A stretch of 64,000 nucleotides of DNA from Trichoplax adhaerens (lineage: Eukaryota > Animalia > Placozoa), in NCBI RefSeq assembly GCF_000150275.1, contig NW_002060959.1:46237-110236 (forward strand), read 5' to 3'. Position 1 is the first letter of the stretch, and each line of letters starts with the position of its first letter. A program made the translations under genes and the position numbers. Shown in pieces: positions 11,421 to 24,357 of this stretch. The notes beneath the pieces are model-generated. The model was not told where the DNA came from. It did no database searches and saw only the letters and a list, made by a program, of their open reading frames with translations.

Positions 11421-14098
11421 ATTTGTCTCCTACTGCTTTGGACAGCTAGATTGATATCTTAATGGATTAATGCTTTTACAAGTATTGAATGGTATATAAG
11501 TATTCAAATAGGGCTAATAGAGCAAAATTATAGTGTGTTCTAAACAACTTCTGCTTATTTGAATACCGAATTTTAGTATTTAATAGTTGATTCATAGAAT
11601 TATTTATGAACTCGTCACTACAATTCAATATTCCCCTGGTAACTTATATTACTGCATCATGATGAAATAGCATAATTAATACAATTTTTTTTGTCAAGTT
11701 ACTGCTTACTTAACTAGAAGATCAAAATAAGTAGCATCACTATAATTTTTTTTACCTACCTTGGACAGCAGATAAGTTTCACTGCTATAATTATTTTACA
11801 AGCTGATAGATTAGAATTAGCGGCATACTCGTATGTAAGGGTAATCTTATTTTGAAAACGTATAAGAATGTACTAAAGTCTGTCAGTTCCATCTATAAGT
11901 ATTAAACACTTGACAAAGTAATAAAGTTTTGAAAATTAGAATCTTACAACGATCGATACAGTCGTAATTTGATTTATGATTTGATTTGTGAAAGTTTATT
12001 GCGCAATTATAGAATTTTACGTATTATTTACAAATCCGAGAATATTATCTACCGGAAATTATTTTAGTCAATCAGCTCTACTTCAGTAGATATAGATGCT
12101 ATCTATAAAAATGGCAGTATCATCGGTAACAAAATCAATCGGATCTACTTTAATCCGAATGGTGAATTACAAAACCAAGTCATTTTCATCTTAATCAATA
12201 AAGTTATCGAGACCTTTTTAATATGTTAATGAAGATAACAAATAGTAATTAAGACTCGAATTTAAAAATGAGCTCAGACTTAAGCATATCTCATTAAAGG
12301 CATCGTGCCTATTTTGAACAGTACGGTACCTATTTGATATAAGCATAAACTTAATTAAGAAAGAGAGACAATCGGTCTTCGCCTTTATTATATTACATGT
12401 AGAAAGAATATCATTTCTACAAAATTGGCAATCATGCTAATTGTTATAAAAATAGAAGCCGTCTTAATACTTGGCAAGTAAAAAGCAGTTAAGCAGCTAT
12501 TGAAGAAATTGAAATTTTTGCTTTGTTGAGTAAGGAGCTAACTATTATAATCAATTAAACTGCTAGTTCTGATGTTGTAACTTGTTCTATTCCGTGTGAA
12601 TAATACTCCACTTTCAAGATAGCCTTCGCACACAATCTTTTATAACCTACTGTGATAATGCATTAATAAAAAACTGCTGAAATAGGTTATAGTCAATCCT
12701 ATACTTTTTATAATCATTCGTTGATACTGTCAGAAACAAGTTAGTATCAATACTATGCTTAGAAATAGTTCTGTTAGGGTGGTTTTCCTAGTAAAAATAG
12801 TTTACCATCGTATTGTATTTATCTTTACTCTTATATGATTAGCATTTGGATACACTTAATAGTCTCTGTGCTACTATATTTAAGGCTCTTATTTTATTAT
12901 TCTAAATGATCTTTGATCAGTACTATTTGCAAATCCTAATTTACAAGAACAGGTAAAAATAAGGATCTTACTTGCAATATAACATGGTAGAACATAATTA
13001 CTAGGAGATAGTGTCGAGGCTGTCGGCTATGGCTCTAATTCAGTACTTACTACAAGTAGTTCATGCAGTACTGGAGTTGTCTTATTAGCAACTACTGTCG
13101 GCTAAACACTTTATGTACGCACTATCTATTATAATGCTTTCTATTTCGTTTATCAATATTAATCGAAATGATACACGAAACTATGCCTTATTCCTTATGT
13201 TGATTGTTTTAAAAATAGAAAATTTACTAAAAACTACTGTCTGCTAAAAACTTTATGTACGCATTATCTACTATAATACTTTCTATTTCATATGTCAATA
13301 TTAATCGAAATGATTTCCTGAATAAGATGTATAAAATGTGGCTATGGTATTAATATCTTAACTGGATATCAAATTAAAATCGCCATAATCAATTAGCGAT
13401 AGTTTTATCTACTATTTTACTTAATTTTATCACGTAGATATTCTGCTTTAAATTACTTTGTAGAAAATATGATAATTTGTACCTCAGCATTGCATTTCTA
13501 TATGCCAATACAGTACGCCATACTAAGTTTTTTTTATTTGATGCTAATGTAGTTCGTATTTTGATAACTGATAAAATTAAAAAAACTCTCACTTCATTGT
13601 TCGCTTTATAATTCAGCATACGGTTATCCCGTTATGTACACGAAAGAATCTTTACTTTAACAAGTTTACTCGAGTAGAATAAAGGTCACAGCTGGTGATG
13701 AAGAATTTTTTTCTAGTCTATTCAATTACATTTAGAGAGAGAGGAAAGTGAATAATATAATCTAAATCAATCTCAAATTTAGTAGCTTACATTATAATTA
13801 ATTATTGCAAAATTTGTTTGGGTTTCAAAGAGAGGCTGATGTAAGATCAGACGTAAAGCGATAGTTAATTACCGCCATCAGCTTGATACCCGGTCTATGA
13901 TGTGTTGAGGTTTATGTATAACAATAACATTAGATGTAGACATTTTTAATCCTGCAATATATATAACTGCATCGCGCCCAATTGTTCATATTTTCCAGTT
14001 TAAATTGTAGAGAGTGTGTGAACTGCAGTTCGAATTCGAACACTATTCAATATTTTATTGCTTGTCTTCTTTTCTATTTTCTACCTTTAGCTAGAAAA

Positions 14099-15018
14099 AT
14101 GTCCAGATTGATCGCATTTGTTGTTATCCTAGCTGCTATTGTACCCAATGGATTTTCTTCGGTATATTCTAGCTACATACTTAATGAAGAAACTCTTTTC
14201 TTTGCTGTTGCTATGCTTCATGATTACAGTAACATTTTTAGCAAATTACTATTTCTACTAATAGGACTAGTATTAAAATCATATTTTACTGTTGATAGGT
14301 GGTTATCAAGCATCGCGCTAAATCTTGTTATGAAGTCAAAGAGTATCTTCAAGCTAACGAGAATGGATTTTATAATCTATTCGATAGCTTAGGCAGTCCT
14401 TACACTACTTATTGCGATTTTGAATCCGATACACCATTTGTTTGGACCTTGATAGAATCGTTTTCGTTACAAGAAGCTCAAAAAACAGCTAATCGTAAAG
14501 GTGTGTATGTAAATCATCCTATCGGAGAATGTATTCTATCTTGGTCAGCATTTCGATTATCTAGACTCAGAATGGATACAATCATAAGCTCATATGGGAC
14601 AACACACTATCGTACAACGTGCAATTTTAATTATGTTAATGGAACTGGATTAGCTAATCGTCGCGATTACTTGAGAGGGGAGATTTGTCGACGCAGTTAT
14701 TTCCACAGTACTTGGGCATTAAATAGATATGGCCAACCGACGTATATATGCAACTACGTCGACTACGTCAATGTCCGTGGAACTACCTGTCGCAAGTGTA
14801 CTGTTCCATTTGTTCGTCCTACAAGTAGCGTCCATGAACATATCGATCTTAGCATTGCAGCTTCCCATTGCAGTAAATTCACTCCTACCGATTCCATTTC
14901 CAATGAAGACGTTTTCGGACATTACGGTAATGCTAATCCGTTATTTTCATGTACGTCGAATGTGAATTCTACGACTAATTGGTGGTTAGGAGGTGCTTAT
15001 ATTGCTGAAGCTTTTTAA
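14099..15018 (+). CDS. Secreted cysteine-rich protein with fibrinogen/intelectin-like N-terminal motif, ~260 aa; exons 14099-14161 and 14299-15018
   Basis: Signal-peptide exon MSRLIAFVVILAAIVPNGFSS|gtatat and acceptor ttgatag|GTG, phase 0. Motif KSCYEVK...GFYNL...YCDFESDTPFVWTLI; ends WWLGGAY. Confidence 0.85.
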
Positions 15019-16910
15019 GCGTTTTATTACTATCAAAAACTTAATCATAATTTTGATAAGGATAGAACTTAAATTTATTTATCGCCGTCTCTACTTTAAT
15101 TCAACTTAGAGCTGTGTACACTTTTTGTAGCAATTTATCTATCATTGTTTAGTAATCATCTTTCTAGATATGTAGCTATAATTTTGAAAATGAACAAGTA
15201 ACTTAGTTATTTTAGCTGATAATGTGCCGTAGCAGGTTATCAATGTACGGTACATGAATGCATATCTCTGTGTACCCTAAAAAAGGAATAAAATTAATCT
15301 TTACACTCACTTGACAACTTGGTTTAATATCGCTTTATCCATGTCGAATAGTTGACAGATTCAATGAAGTCAAAAAGCTAAAGATATTCAAATAGTAGAA
15401 CTAGTGTAGATTATTACAAAGTCATGCTGGTATAAGGTCTAACTTGCTAGAGATCTACTATTCTCTGAGCTACCGTACTATATCAGTATCATAAATTAAA
15501 GTTCAATATCTTTTCGTCTGGATTATGAGCTTTTTTAGTTCAAGTTCTATATCATGCTGAACCGCAAGTGCAATTTTGTAAATACCTTAAGAAATTATTT
15601 GTAGGTTAAATCTAGACACTTTCTAGTAGACACGAAGGTCTTACCCAACAATGTAGTGCTTACAGTAGGAGTGCCTATAATTCTCTCTGTCTAGCATTTA
15701 TCCTCTATTATATTAATTGTTGATGGTTATATAAATACAATAATGGAATCATATCTACAATCTACAACGGAGAGAGTATAATTAAGCAGAAAGGAATACA
15801 ATTAATTTCGCCTACTTCAGTGGGAAATTAAACTGTGTAAGTTTATTCAATAATAATAGAATCACGTCTACCGTATACATAAATGTGAGCATCATCGATT
15901 AAAAAGTATTAATCAATCAGATAAACTACAATAGAAAATTTAAATCATAAATGTTTATTTATTAAGAATAAAATCGTATATACTATTGATAAATATATCA
16001 TCTAGATTGAAAGTCGAAGCGAGGCTATGCATAAACATGCCATATGAAGGTTATTGTAGCCATTTTAATTATTAATTAAATACGACCATCTAATGTAGGG
16101 CAGGCTTTCAAGAAAGTGTCAATTTATTTTACAGAAGTCTTTAACTTACTCAACGTGTGATTTCTTGGAATCATTCAGTAAAGTAATCGAAAGGTTATTA
16201 AGGCGTTGAATAAATGACAATAGCACGGGATTTCTGCTTCTCGTATTTAATCGAATAACTAACTTACGAATGAGGTGACAATTTTTTTCAACGCCTATTC
16301 GAAATCGCAAATCGAATTAACTTTTATTCTCTTAAGTTCTGATATCTCAGCAAGTTGTTTTCTTACTATCAATTCGATATTAATGGCTTTATGTAATAGA
16401 GCAGAAAAGGAATTGCAGTCATGATAAACTTTCAACAAGGTTAATCAAGGTTCATCGTTCTAAGAAAATCGTCATGAAAATTATACTTGATATCCAACCC
16501 AGGCAAATTTTAATCTTCTTATATTGATACACTTAAATCAGTGCAAGCTAAGGGATATACAGTATAAAAGAGCGAAATAACATATACATTAGACATTATT
16601 GACAATTCTGTTTGCCTTCTAAGCAATTGTTAATATTTGTGACAGTACTTGGTATAAATTATAAGCTTAGAAGAAGAAGTAACCCGCTTTTACAATTACT
16701 CGTTAATTAATATCCATCAAATTGAGGCAGACATTATTTGGTGTGATGTTAGACTAATAGAAAATTCAGATTCTATCTTGCATAATAGTGATTGTATTTT
16801 AAAGTAGAACATGGAATAAAGGAATAAACATTTTAGTGTTTTCCCATTAACACAGCAGGCTATTTTTAGTCCACAAGTGAGCCACTAAAATAGCAGAATA
16901 CTGTTCGTAG

Positions 16911-16917
16911 TATAAAA
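16911..16917 (+). promoter_or_regulatory. Candidate TATA box
   Basis: TATAAAA about 115 nt upstream of the ATG at 17028. Weak evidence in AT-rich DNA. Confidence 0.35.
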
Positions 16918-17027
16918 CCGCTCACGATTGAAATTAAGCTTACATTCTCCTCACACAATCTTGAATACAACCGCATCATTTTTATGCAAGTAGCGTAACA
17001 TAAAATTCCTTACTTATATAATTCAAG

Positions 17028-17872
17028 ATGGTCAAAATCTGGTCTCTCTTTGCTATTGTGGCTCTCTTACCACTTGTCATGCCAAATGTAAGTCTAATAG
17101 CTCAAGTTTAGATCGGATATACTCGTATACCTTTAGTAATTCTAATTCCCTTGATTTCGATCTGTAATATGAATAATGACGTTTACTTCTGTAGACACAT
17201 CACAAACCTAAATCATGCTATGAAGTTAAACAATTCCTTAAAGCTACTGAAAATGGCTTTTTCACTCTTTATGATGCTAACGGTAACCCGTTCCGAAGTT
17301 TTTGCGATTTCGAATCAGAACCGCCTTTCGCTTGGACATTAATTGAATCTATGACTCTCGAAAATGCTCAAAAAGCACAACATAATAAGGGCTTCAGTGT
17401 CAATATCCCATTAGGCGAATGTCATACCTCTATGTCTCTCTTTCGCCTTCCATCCCATCATATGTCTTCTGTTTTATCTTCTTATGGATCCACACATTAT
17501 CGTTCAACATGCAATTTCAATATCATTGAAGGAACTGGTCTAGCTAATCGTCGCGACTATATAAGATTCTCGGCATGTAGAGGTGCTTCTACTCTCAGTA
17601 ATATAAACGGTGGCTGTGTAGAGGTAGATTATATCAATATCAGAGGGCAATCATGTAGAAAGTGCCAGATGCCATTTTATGCTTCTAGTTCATATCATCT
17701 TCATATCGATCTTAGTGGCGCAACAACTACTTGTAGTAGATTTGGTTTTACTAATTTTGTAGCCAATGAAGATGTGTTTGGCTACTATAACTCTCATAAT
17801 CCAACATTTTCTTGTACTGCCAACAAAAATTCAACTACTGCTTGGTGGATAGGTGGGGCATATGCCGAGTAA
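17028..17872 (+). CDS. Secreted cysteine-rich protein, paralog of 14099-15018, ~245 aa; exons 17028-17087 and 17195-17872
   Basis: Signal-peptide exon MVKIWSLFAIVALLPLVMPN|gtaagt. Acceptor ctgtag|ACACAT gives THHKPKSCYEVKQFLKATENGFFTLYD...FCDFESEPPFAWTLIES, in frame with ORF 17351-17872. Confidence 0.88.
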
Positions 17873-20157
17873 AATTGGATCTCTCATTTGGTAACTGTCT
17901 ATTATTTTTATTGTTTCAATTGGTTACTTGCGTAGCACATTAAATCGAATCGTAAGACTTTTAGGGCTAGTTAAGCTATATAAGTACCCTGAATTGCAGA
18001 TATTAATAATGGCAGTTCTATAATATTATTTGTTATTAGCTCGTGATTCGAATTAAATATATACTTATTGAGACTCAAGGGCTATTCAGTGTTTACAACA
18101 TAACCACAAAATGCTGCAAATAATGTATTTTGTTAGGATTATCGTGTAATTAGTAGGTTAAATTAGGAGGAGCATTCTAGTACATTTGTCGATTCGGGAT
18201 AGCAAATAGCTATTATAACTGCATTTATTTTCGAAATAAATTACAATTAACGTTATAACTACGGCATACCAGCCCTATTTTAATAGCGTTTAGCTACTAA
18301 AAATTATTAGCAAAATATTAGCGGTATACTCAATGCTATAGAAGAAAAATTTAATAAAATCATCCACATTTATTAATTCGTGTCTAACTTTTCACGCATA
18401 CTACTAACAGTCGTAACAAAGTCGTATAAACTTAAGTTTTCAGCGATAGATCACTCAGTCATTGGCTTAGAGTATTCATTATCTCCTATAACTTTTAACG
18501 TTATCAATTGAATGCTTAGAAATCAATTATATTGTTAGTCAACATTTCCACCTAAGTTACTACAAATCTACGGTACCAACACCTATGGTCTAGTATTTTA
18601 GCTTTCTTAGTTTACATAAATCCTGATTTGTATCAATTTTTGCCGGCTATGGAATAGTAATAATAAATTCAGATATACAATTTATACAGTAGAGAGTATA
18701 ATTAATCACGATGTAAAATTGTCTATCCGATTGACTTCAGTCGAAAAGTGAATTATGAAAGTTAAGTTAATAATTATAATAGAATCACATTCTGCTATCA
18801 ACAATATTGAGATAGTCCAGTAGAAACTATTAATCAGATCTACTACGATCGAAAAATGAAGTAAAAAAGATTATGGATTAATATTAGAATCGCAAGCGCC
18901 ATCTTTAAACATGTGCATAATCAACGAAATAGTCCAATCAATCGTATTTACTCCAATCCGTAAGTAAATCATAAAGCCAATCTCTATTCAACTTCATCGA
19001 TTCAACTTCATCGATAAATAAATCGATATAAACTTCAACTTATAATTACTTGAACTGCGGATCTTATTAACGGTTGATTTAAAGAATTATTTACATGAAC
19101 TAGTCACTACAATTCAATTTGCCCTTCGCGTGTTTTATACTATTACACATTTTACAGTATCATGATAAAATCGCATAACCAATATAATTTTCTACATCGT
19201 CTAACTATATTCTCACACCTAGAAGATCAGAACAAGTAGCATCGATATAGTTCTTATTATCTACCTTAGATAACAAATAAATTTTACTATTATAATTATT
19301 TTACGGGCTGATAGATTAGAATTAACGATATACTCGTATATAAGATTGTTATTAGCTTTATAACGTGTAAGAATCTAATAAAGATTTTCGATCCAATCTG
19401 CTACCAGTTGACACTTAATGAATGCAACTAACAAAAGCAACAAGGTTTTGAAAATTTATACTTTATACTTATACTTTTCTTAGTCTAGAATTTATATTTA
19501 ATAATCTTCGATGATTAAATAAAATATGAATAGAATCATCTGTACTGCCTATGAAGGGAAAAGTATAATCAACCAGGAAGTAGTACAATCAGCTAGATCT
19601 ACTCTAATCTGAAATTGAATTTTAAAAGTTTTTTAATAATAATAGAATCGTATCTACTATCTATATAGATGTGATCATAATCCATATGAAGTCTTAATCA
19701 GATAAGAGACTGTCATTGGAAATTTAAATCATAACTGTTTGTTTATTAACAGCAGAATCGCATATACCAACATCATACATAAAATGAACAAAACAGGATT
19801 ATCAATTGGATCGAATCCATTCGAAAATAAATTATAAGTCTAAATTATTTTATCTTAGTCAACAAAGCTGTCGAAATCTTTACTATGCTAGTGGGAATAA
19901 ACACTAATAAGCTAGATTAGAAATTATAACGGAGTTATGTCTAAACCTTTCAAATCAAGGCTATGTTTGAACTTGCCAAATTGAGGCTATATTTAAACCT
20001 GCCAAATAGAGGCCAACGCAGCCTAAATAGCGTACGCAAGGTAATATTTTGTAGCGTCAAGTGTGGCATGCTCAAACATCTTGAAAGTTGGAAGTGTTAG
20101 ACCTAGATATTGTGGACCATTGTCCAAAAAGGCAATACAGTTCTCGTAAATCCTATT

Positions 20158-20441
20158 TCACTCTTTTCTTTGTATGCAGTATTCCTCTTTCAATTTTTCG
20201 GCCATTTTTCCCTCTCTGCATTCACATAAAACTTTCAATAATGTATCAAGCTTTGTTGTTGAGCTGAATTCAGAATACCATGCCTCCAGCAGACGATCAA
20301 CCTTCCAAAATCTGCTATTATTTGAATCAACTATTTCGTTAATGCTATTCGACGATAAATGCAATTTTCTACCAAATTCGGCCAACTTAGTTGATTCTAT
20401 TTTATCGGCGATATCTATAAAGATGCTACGTCTATTAGAAT
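20158..20441 (-). CDS. Death domain exon (type 2), terminal; phase-1 acceptor
   Basis: Acceptor ctaatag|AT. Translation DSNRRSIFIDIADKIESTKLAEFGRKLHLSSNSINEIV...LLEAWY...TKLDTLLKVLCECREGKMAEKL fits the death-domain pattern. Paralog of 40695-40979. Confidence 0.8.
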
Positions 20442-20820
20442 CTATTAGGGAAGATCAAAATATTTGAACAAATCAATAATGTGGAGGTCATTATTAATTT
20501 GTTGTCATTGCTAAAATTCCGAGTACAGCACATCGTTATTTACCTATAAATTAAAACACTGAAAATCATTGACAATGAACTATTCATTTTTAGGTAGTAT
20601 TCACTTAGCATTGGACTAATGAGCAGATTTTACATTACCAGTGGTTTTAGTATCATAATGACAATTCGAATATGTAACGAAATTATGGCAATGGATTAAT
20701 AGCTTTTAGAACAACGAAATGACTATGCTATAAAAATTATGCTTCGTGAGAAGGCAATATCAAGCTGTTACAAGTTCTCGAAAACTATTTGAGATAAATA
20801 GGTGATCATTACTACTTTAC

Positions 20821-20904
20821 CATCCTGTATTGGATCCATTGTGTTTTGAGTTGCCGTTTCTCCTTGTTGACTAGTCGTAGATTCTTGCATAACTGGTTTG
20901 ATAC
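20821..20904 (-). CDS. 84-nt linker micro-exon (GIKPVMQESTTSQQGETATQNTMDPIQD), phase 1-1
   Basis: ggtag| acceptor and G|gtaaag donor; open frame; homologous to 22007-22090 and to the 63-nt plus-strand exons. Confidence 0.7.
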
Positions 20905-22006
20905 CTACCGATTTACGTTAACAGATGCAAGTAATATATGAAATAAATATGAGAATATTAAATTTTTGGTGTTAAATATTGAAGGCTGTAGGTTCGTTTA
21001 AGTCGCTTGACATGGTATTGCAGCAGGTATTACAACATTATTTTATTCATATCTTTAACAAGCTCTATGTTTACGCACATGTACATATAAAAGCGAAAAA
21101 AGACACAATTTGAAACAAGTCAATAGATTCTATCAACTTGTCTAATTCAGAGTCACTATGTCCTATGATAACAATTGTTAAAATGCCTAAATGAGATCTA
21201 TGTTGAAAGTTTTATCACTATTTGACAATTTATAATATTGCTGGAATATGCGTGATACTCGTGGAACTCCAATTCGAGACGTCGAAACATTATTTTATGG
21301 CATATGAATATAAGATAGCGAATGCAATTGTTACTAATTCACTTGTCGTTATCTTATTCATAGTTAGTAAACTAATTAATATTTAAAACAGTAAAATGGA
21401 TAGAAAGGTTAGATAAACCAGTTTATTCTCACATCAATAGGTTTAAGAGTATCTATCATTGATTGAGACCAAAGCTGCTGTGATACTGATTATATATAAT
21501 TATTATTCGTTAAAATACGATGTCAATTTCAAAATTTATAGTCATAATTGCGAATTTTTGGATTAATGAAAAGAACTTAATATCAAATAGTACCCATCTC
21601 TAGTAGCTTATCCCTTACAAATTACTATGAATGGTATATTCGAGCACTACAAGAATAATTTGTCATACTGTATTGATTGCACATGCTTACTTATAAAAGT
21701 GTCATGAGTGCCTAAACGAGATCTATCTCAAAACTTTTATCACTGCTCGACCATTCGCGATGTTATTGGAGTATGCGTTATACTCATGTAGCTCCAATTC
21801 AAGATATTAAAACATTAAGTTTTAAGTCAATAAGGAGATAAGAAAGCGAAAGCAATTGTAATTATTAATTCACTCGTCTGTAACTTATAATTATTTATAA
21901 CCAATAAAATAATTAACGATTTATGCAGTAAAATATATAGAAAGTCTAGAAAAACGAATTTTTTTTAAGTAAATAGTTTTAATAATAACTACCATTGCTA
22001 ATTTAC

Positions 22007-22090
22007 TATCTTGTAATGGATCTATACCGTTTTGAGTTGTTGTTCCTCCTTGTTGACTGCTTATTGATTCTTGCACCACAGGTGTAATAT
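22007..22090 (-). CDS. 84-nt linker micro-exon (DITPVVQESISSQQGGTTTQNGIDPLQD), phase 1-1
   Basis: ctgtag| acceptor and |gtaaattagcaatgg donor, which is homologous to the donors of the plus-strand copies. Confidence 0.7.
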
Positions 22091-22977
22091 CTACAGATTT
22101 GCGTCGAGTAAGTAACATCTGATTATTTATGAAAATATTGAATTTTAGCTGTGTTAGGTTTTATACATTAAGCGTATAATTTCATTTCAGTCGCTTGATA
22201 TGGAATTATAGCAGCGGTTGCTACATTATTCTATCCATCTACTAAACAAGCTATATATATGCGCACATGTAAATATAAAAAGCTATCGAAAGACACAATA
22301 GGGATCAACTCAATAGATTCTTTCAATTTGTCTAATTTAGAGCTTCTTTGGCTTCTTATAACCTTATTTTAAATCCCTAAATGAGATCTATGTTACAATT
22401 CTATCTCTACTCGAGCATTCACGATGTTACTGGAATATGCGTAATACTTGTGCAGCTGCAATTTAAGGTGTCAAAACATTACTTTTTATGAAATATGAAC
22501 ATAAGAAGGCGAATGCAATTGTAATCATCAATTCATCTATCGCTAAATTACTCATATCTAGTAAACTAATTAACATTTAATGTAATAAAATGAATAGAAA
22601 GGCTAGAAAAGCCAATTTCTTTTTACATCAATAAATTTTAGAGTATCTACTGTTAATTGAAACAAAAACCATTGTAGTACTAGTCAATATTCGTTAAAAA
22701 TTCGATATCAATTTCAAAATTTATAGTTATAATTGTAAATTTTCTTAATTTAGGAAAGAATTTAATATAATTAAGATTTATCTCTAGTGGTTCATCATTC
22801 TACATATTACTGTAAACAGCATATATTTGCGTACTATACACATGAATAATATTGTTTCGCAGGCTCAATTATAAAATTGTCATTCTTTTACATTGACGTT
22901 AAGTCGTATTGACGCTAACACTGAAATGAACGAAGGACTAACAAATTAACGGACGATACGGCCGACTGGAGTAGTGG

Positions 22978-23421
22978 TGTCGCAAAAAGCTCGCGACGCG
23001 GAAACCAGGGATCATTAAAACTCCTTAAAAGGTAAAGCTACAACAGCTGAACGTGTCTACAACAGACTAGGAGTAGTCTAGTTTGAGGTTTAAAAGGATT
23101 TATTTAATTTAGTAGTCTTGAAATCCAAGGCTACTTCATCCACACGCACACCACTCGGCTAATCATCAACGGATCAGTTAATGAGAGGACCGGGCTTTAT
23201 ATACTTTCTCTCGGCTGCACAACTTAGATAAATAATTCTAAAACTTATACAGAACTGTATGGCCAACTGTTTACGAAGTCTGTACTTCGTCGCAACTGGT
23301 GTAACTAATGTTGCCTATTGTGTAAGATTAAGGTTTTACTCGTGCCTAGCGATTGACCGGAAAATTAGACTCGTGCTGCGTACGACGTAAAATTTAGAAA
23401 TGTGCAAGCTATTGCATGACG
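22978..23421 (-). mobile_element. Degenerate solo LTR (444 bp)
   Basis: Starts TGTCGCAAAAAGCTCGCGAC, resembling the outer LTR start at 38340, and ends CATGACG. Minus-strand TATA-like (~23197) and AATAAA (~23100). Same length as the outer LTR at 38340. No clear TSD. Confidence 0.55.
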
Positions 23422-24357
23422 GTAATAAACACTCATTGGAATTTAATTTAGTAATTTAAAAGTGTAAATCGTCGGCTCTTTGGTATCTAGCAGATTCAAT
23501 ATCGACTGAATCTTGGCCTGTATCTAGCTTATGCAAGATTACATTTTAAACTACTCAGAATTTTATTAGAAACCGAAAGATAATTGCGGTGTTTTTGCTA
23601 TCTCCTTTCTTAGTTATAGCTAAAGTACACAAAAATATCTGAGATATTGCGAATAATGATGAAATTTTCAAGATCAAATTATACCAGTAAGTCAATTTTA
23701 CTTCGATTTTAGCGCTAATGTTAAAGAATAAAATATCTGTATATAGCCTATGAAAGTATTTGCTATAATTCCAGTACTAATGTTAATGTCAATCTATTGA
23801 TTTGCGAAAATTTTAGTTTATTATGCTCTCTATTCAAATATACTGTAAACTATTGATATATATTATACAGAATAAAACTCATAATTATAATAGGAAGGCT
23901 TCTTACTAATACTCTTGCTGCAGATTCTAGGTTACTTATCTATACTTGCAAAAAGCATCTACTACTTTTGGTTGGTCAAACGGATTACGATTCTATTCTG
24001 CAGCAAAATCTAGGTAGATTACATTCATTACTGTTTAATCAAGGTAAAATCTCCGGTCTACCGGCGATAAAGCTAACAAGATTTTGCTTGAAGAAGGCCG
24101 TCAGTAGAGAAATGAAATAAGCAATTTAGAGTTTATCAGATCTAGCTATGAACATCTCCCAGAATTGAGATTAACTCAAAAAAAAACATGCTAGTTAGGA
24201 AAAGTAACAAAGGAATAAACTGAGTTACTAGCAAATCTAAAATGAATCATTCCTTAAGCTGTGGATTTAGTCAAGAGAACTAATCAAATTCTTTTTGCTA
24301 ATGTATTGCTTTCAAATTTTGTCTGTAATTAATTAAATAGTGTATTATATTTTAATC

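Larger units (their letters stand above)
20800..22880. repeat. Diverged tandem duplication (period ~1.19 kb), each unit carrying one linker micro-exon
   Basis: 20821-21700 aligns by eye with 22007-22880; an extra partial copy lies at ~21700-21960. Confidence 0.8.

Noticed and set aside
13090-13315. ~80-bp direct repeat (13095-13175 and 13235-13315); similar short duplication at 53379-53600
   Set aside because: Ordinary local duplications with no associated structure.
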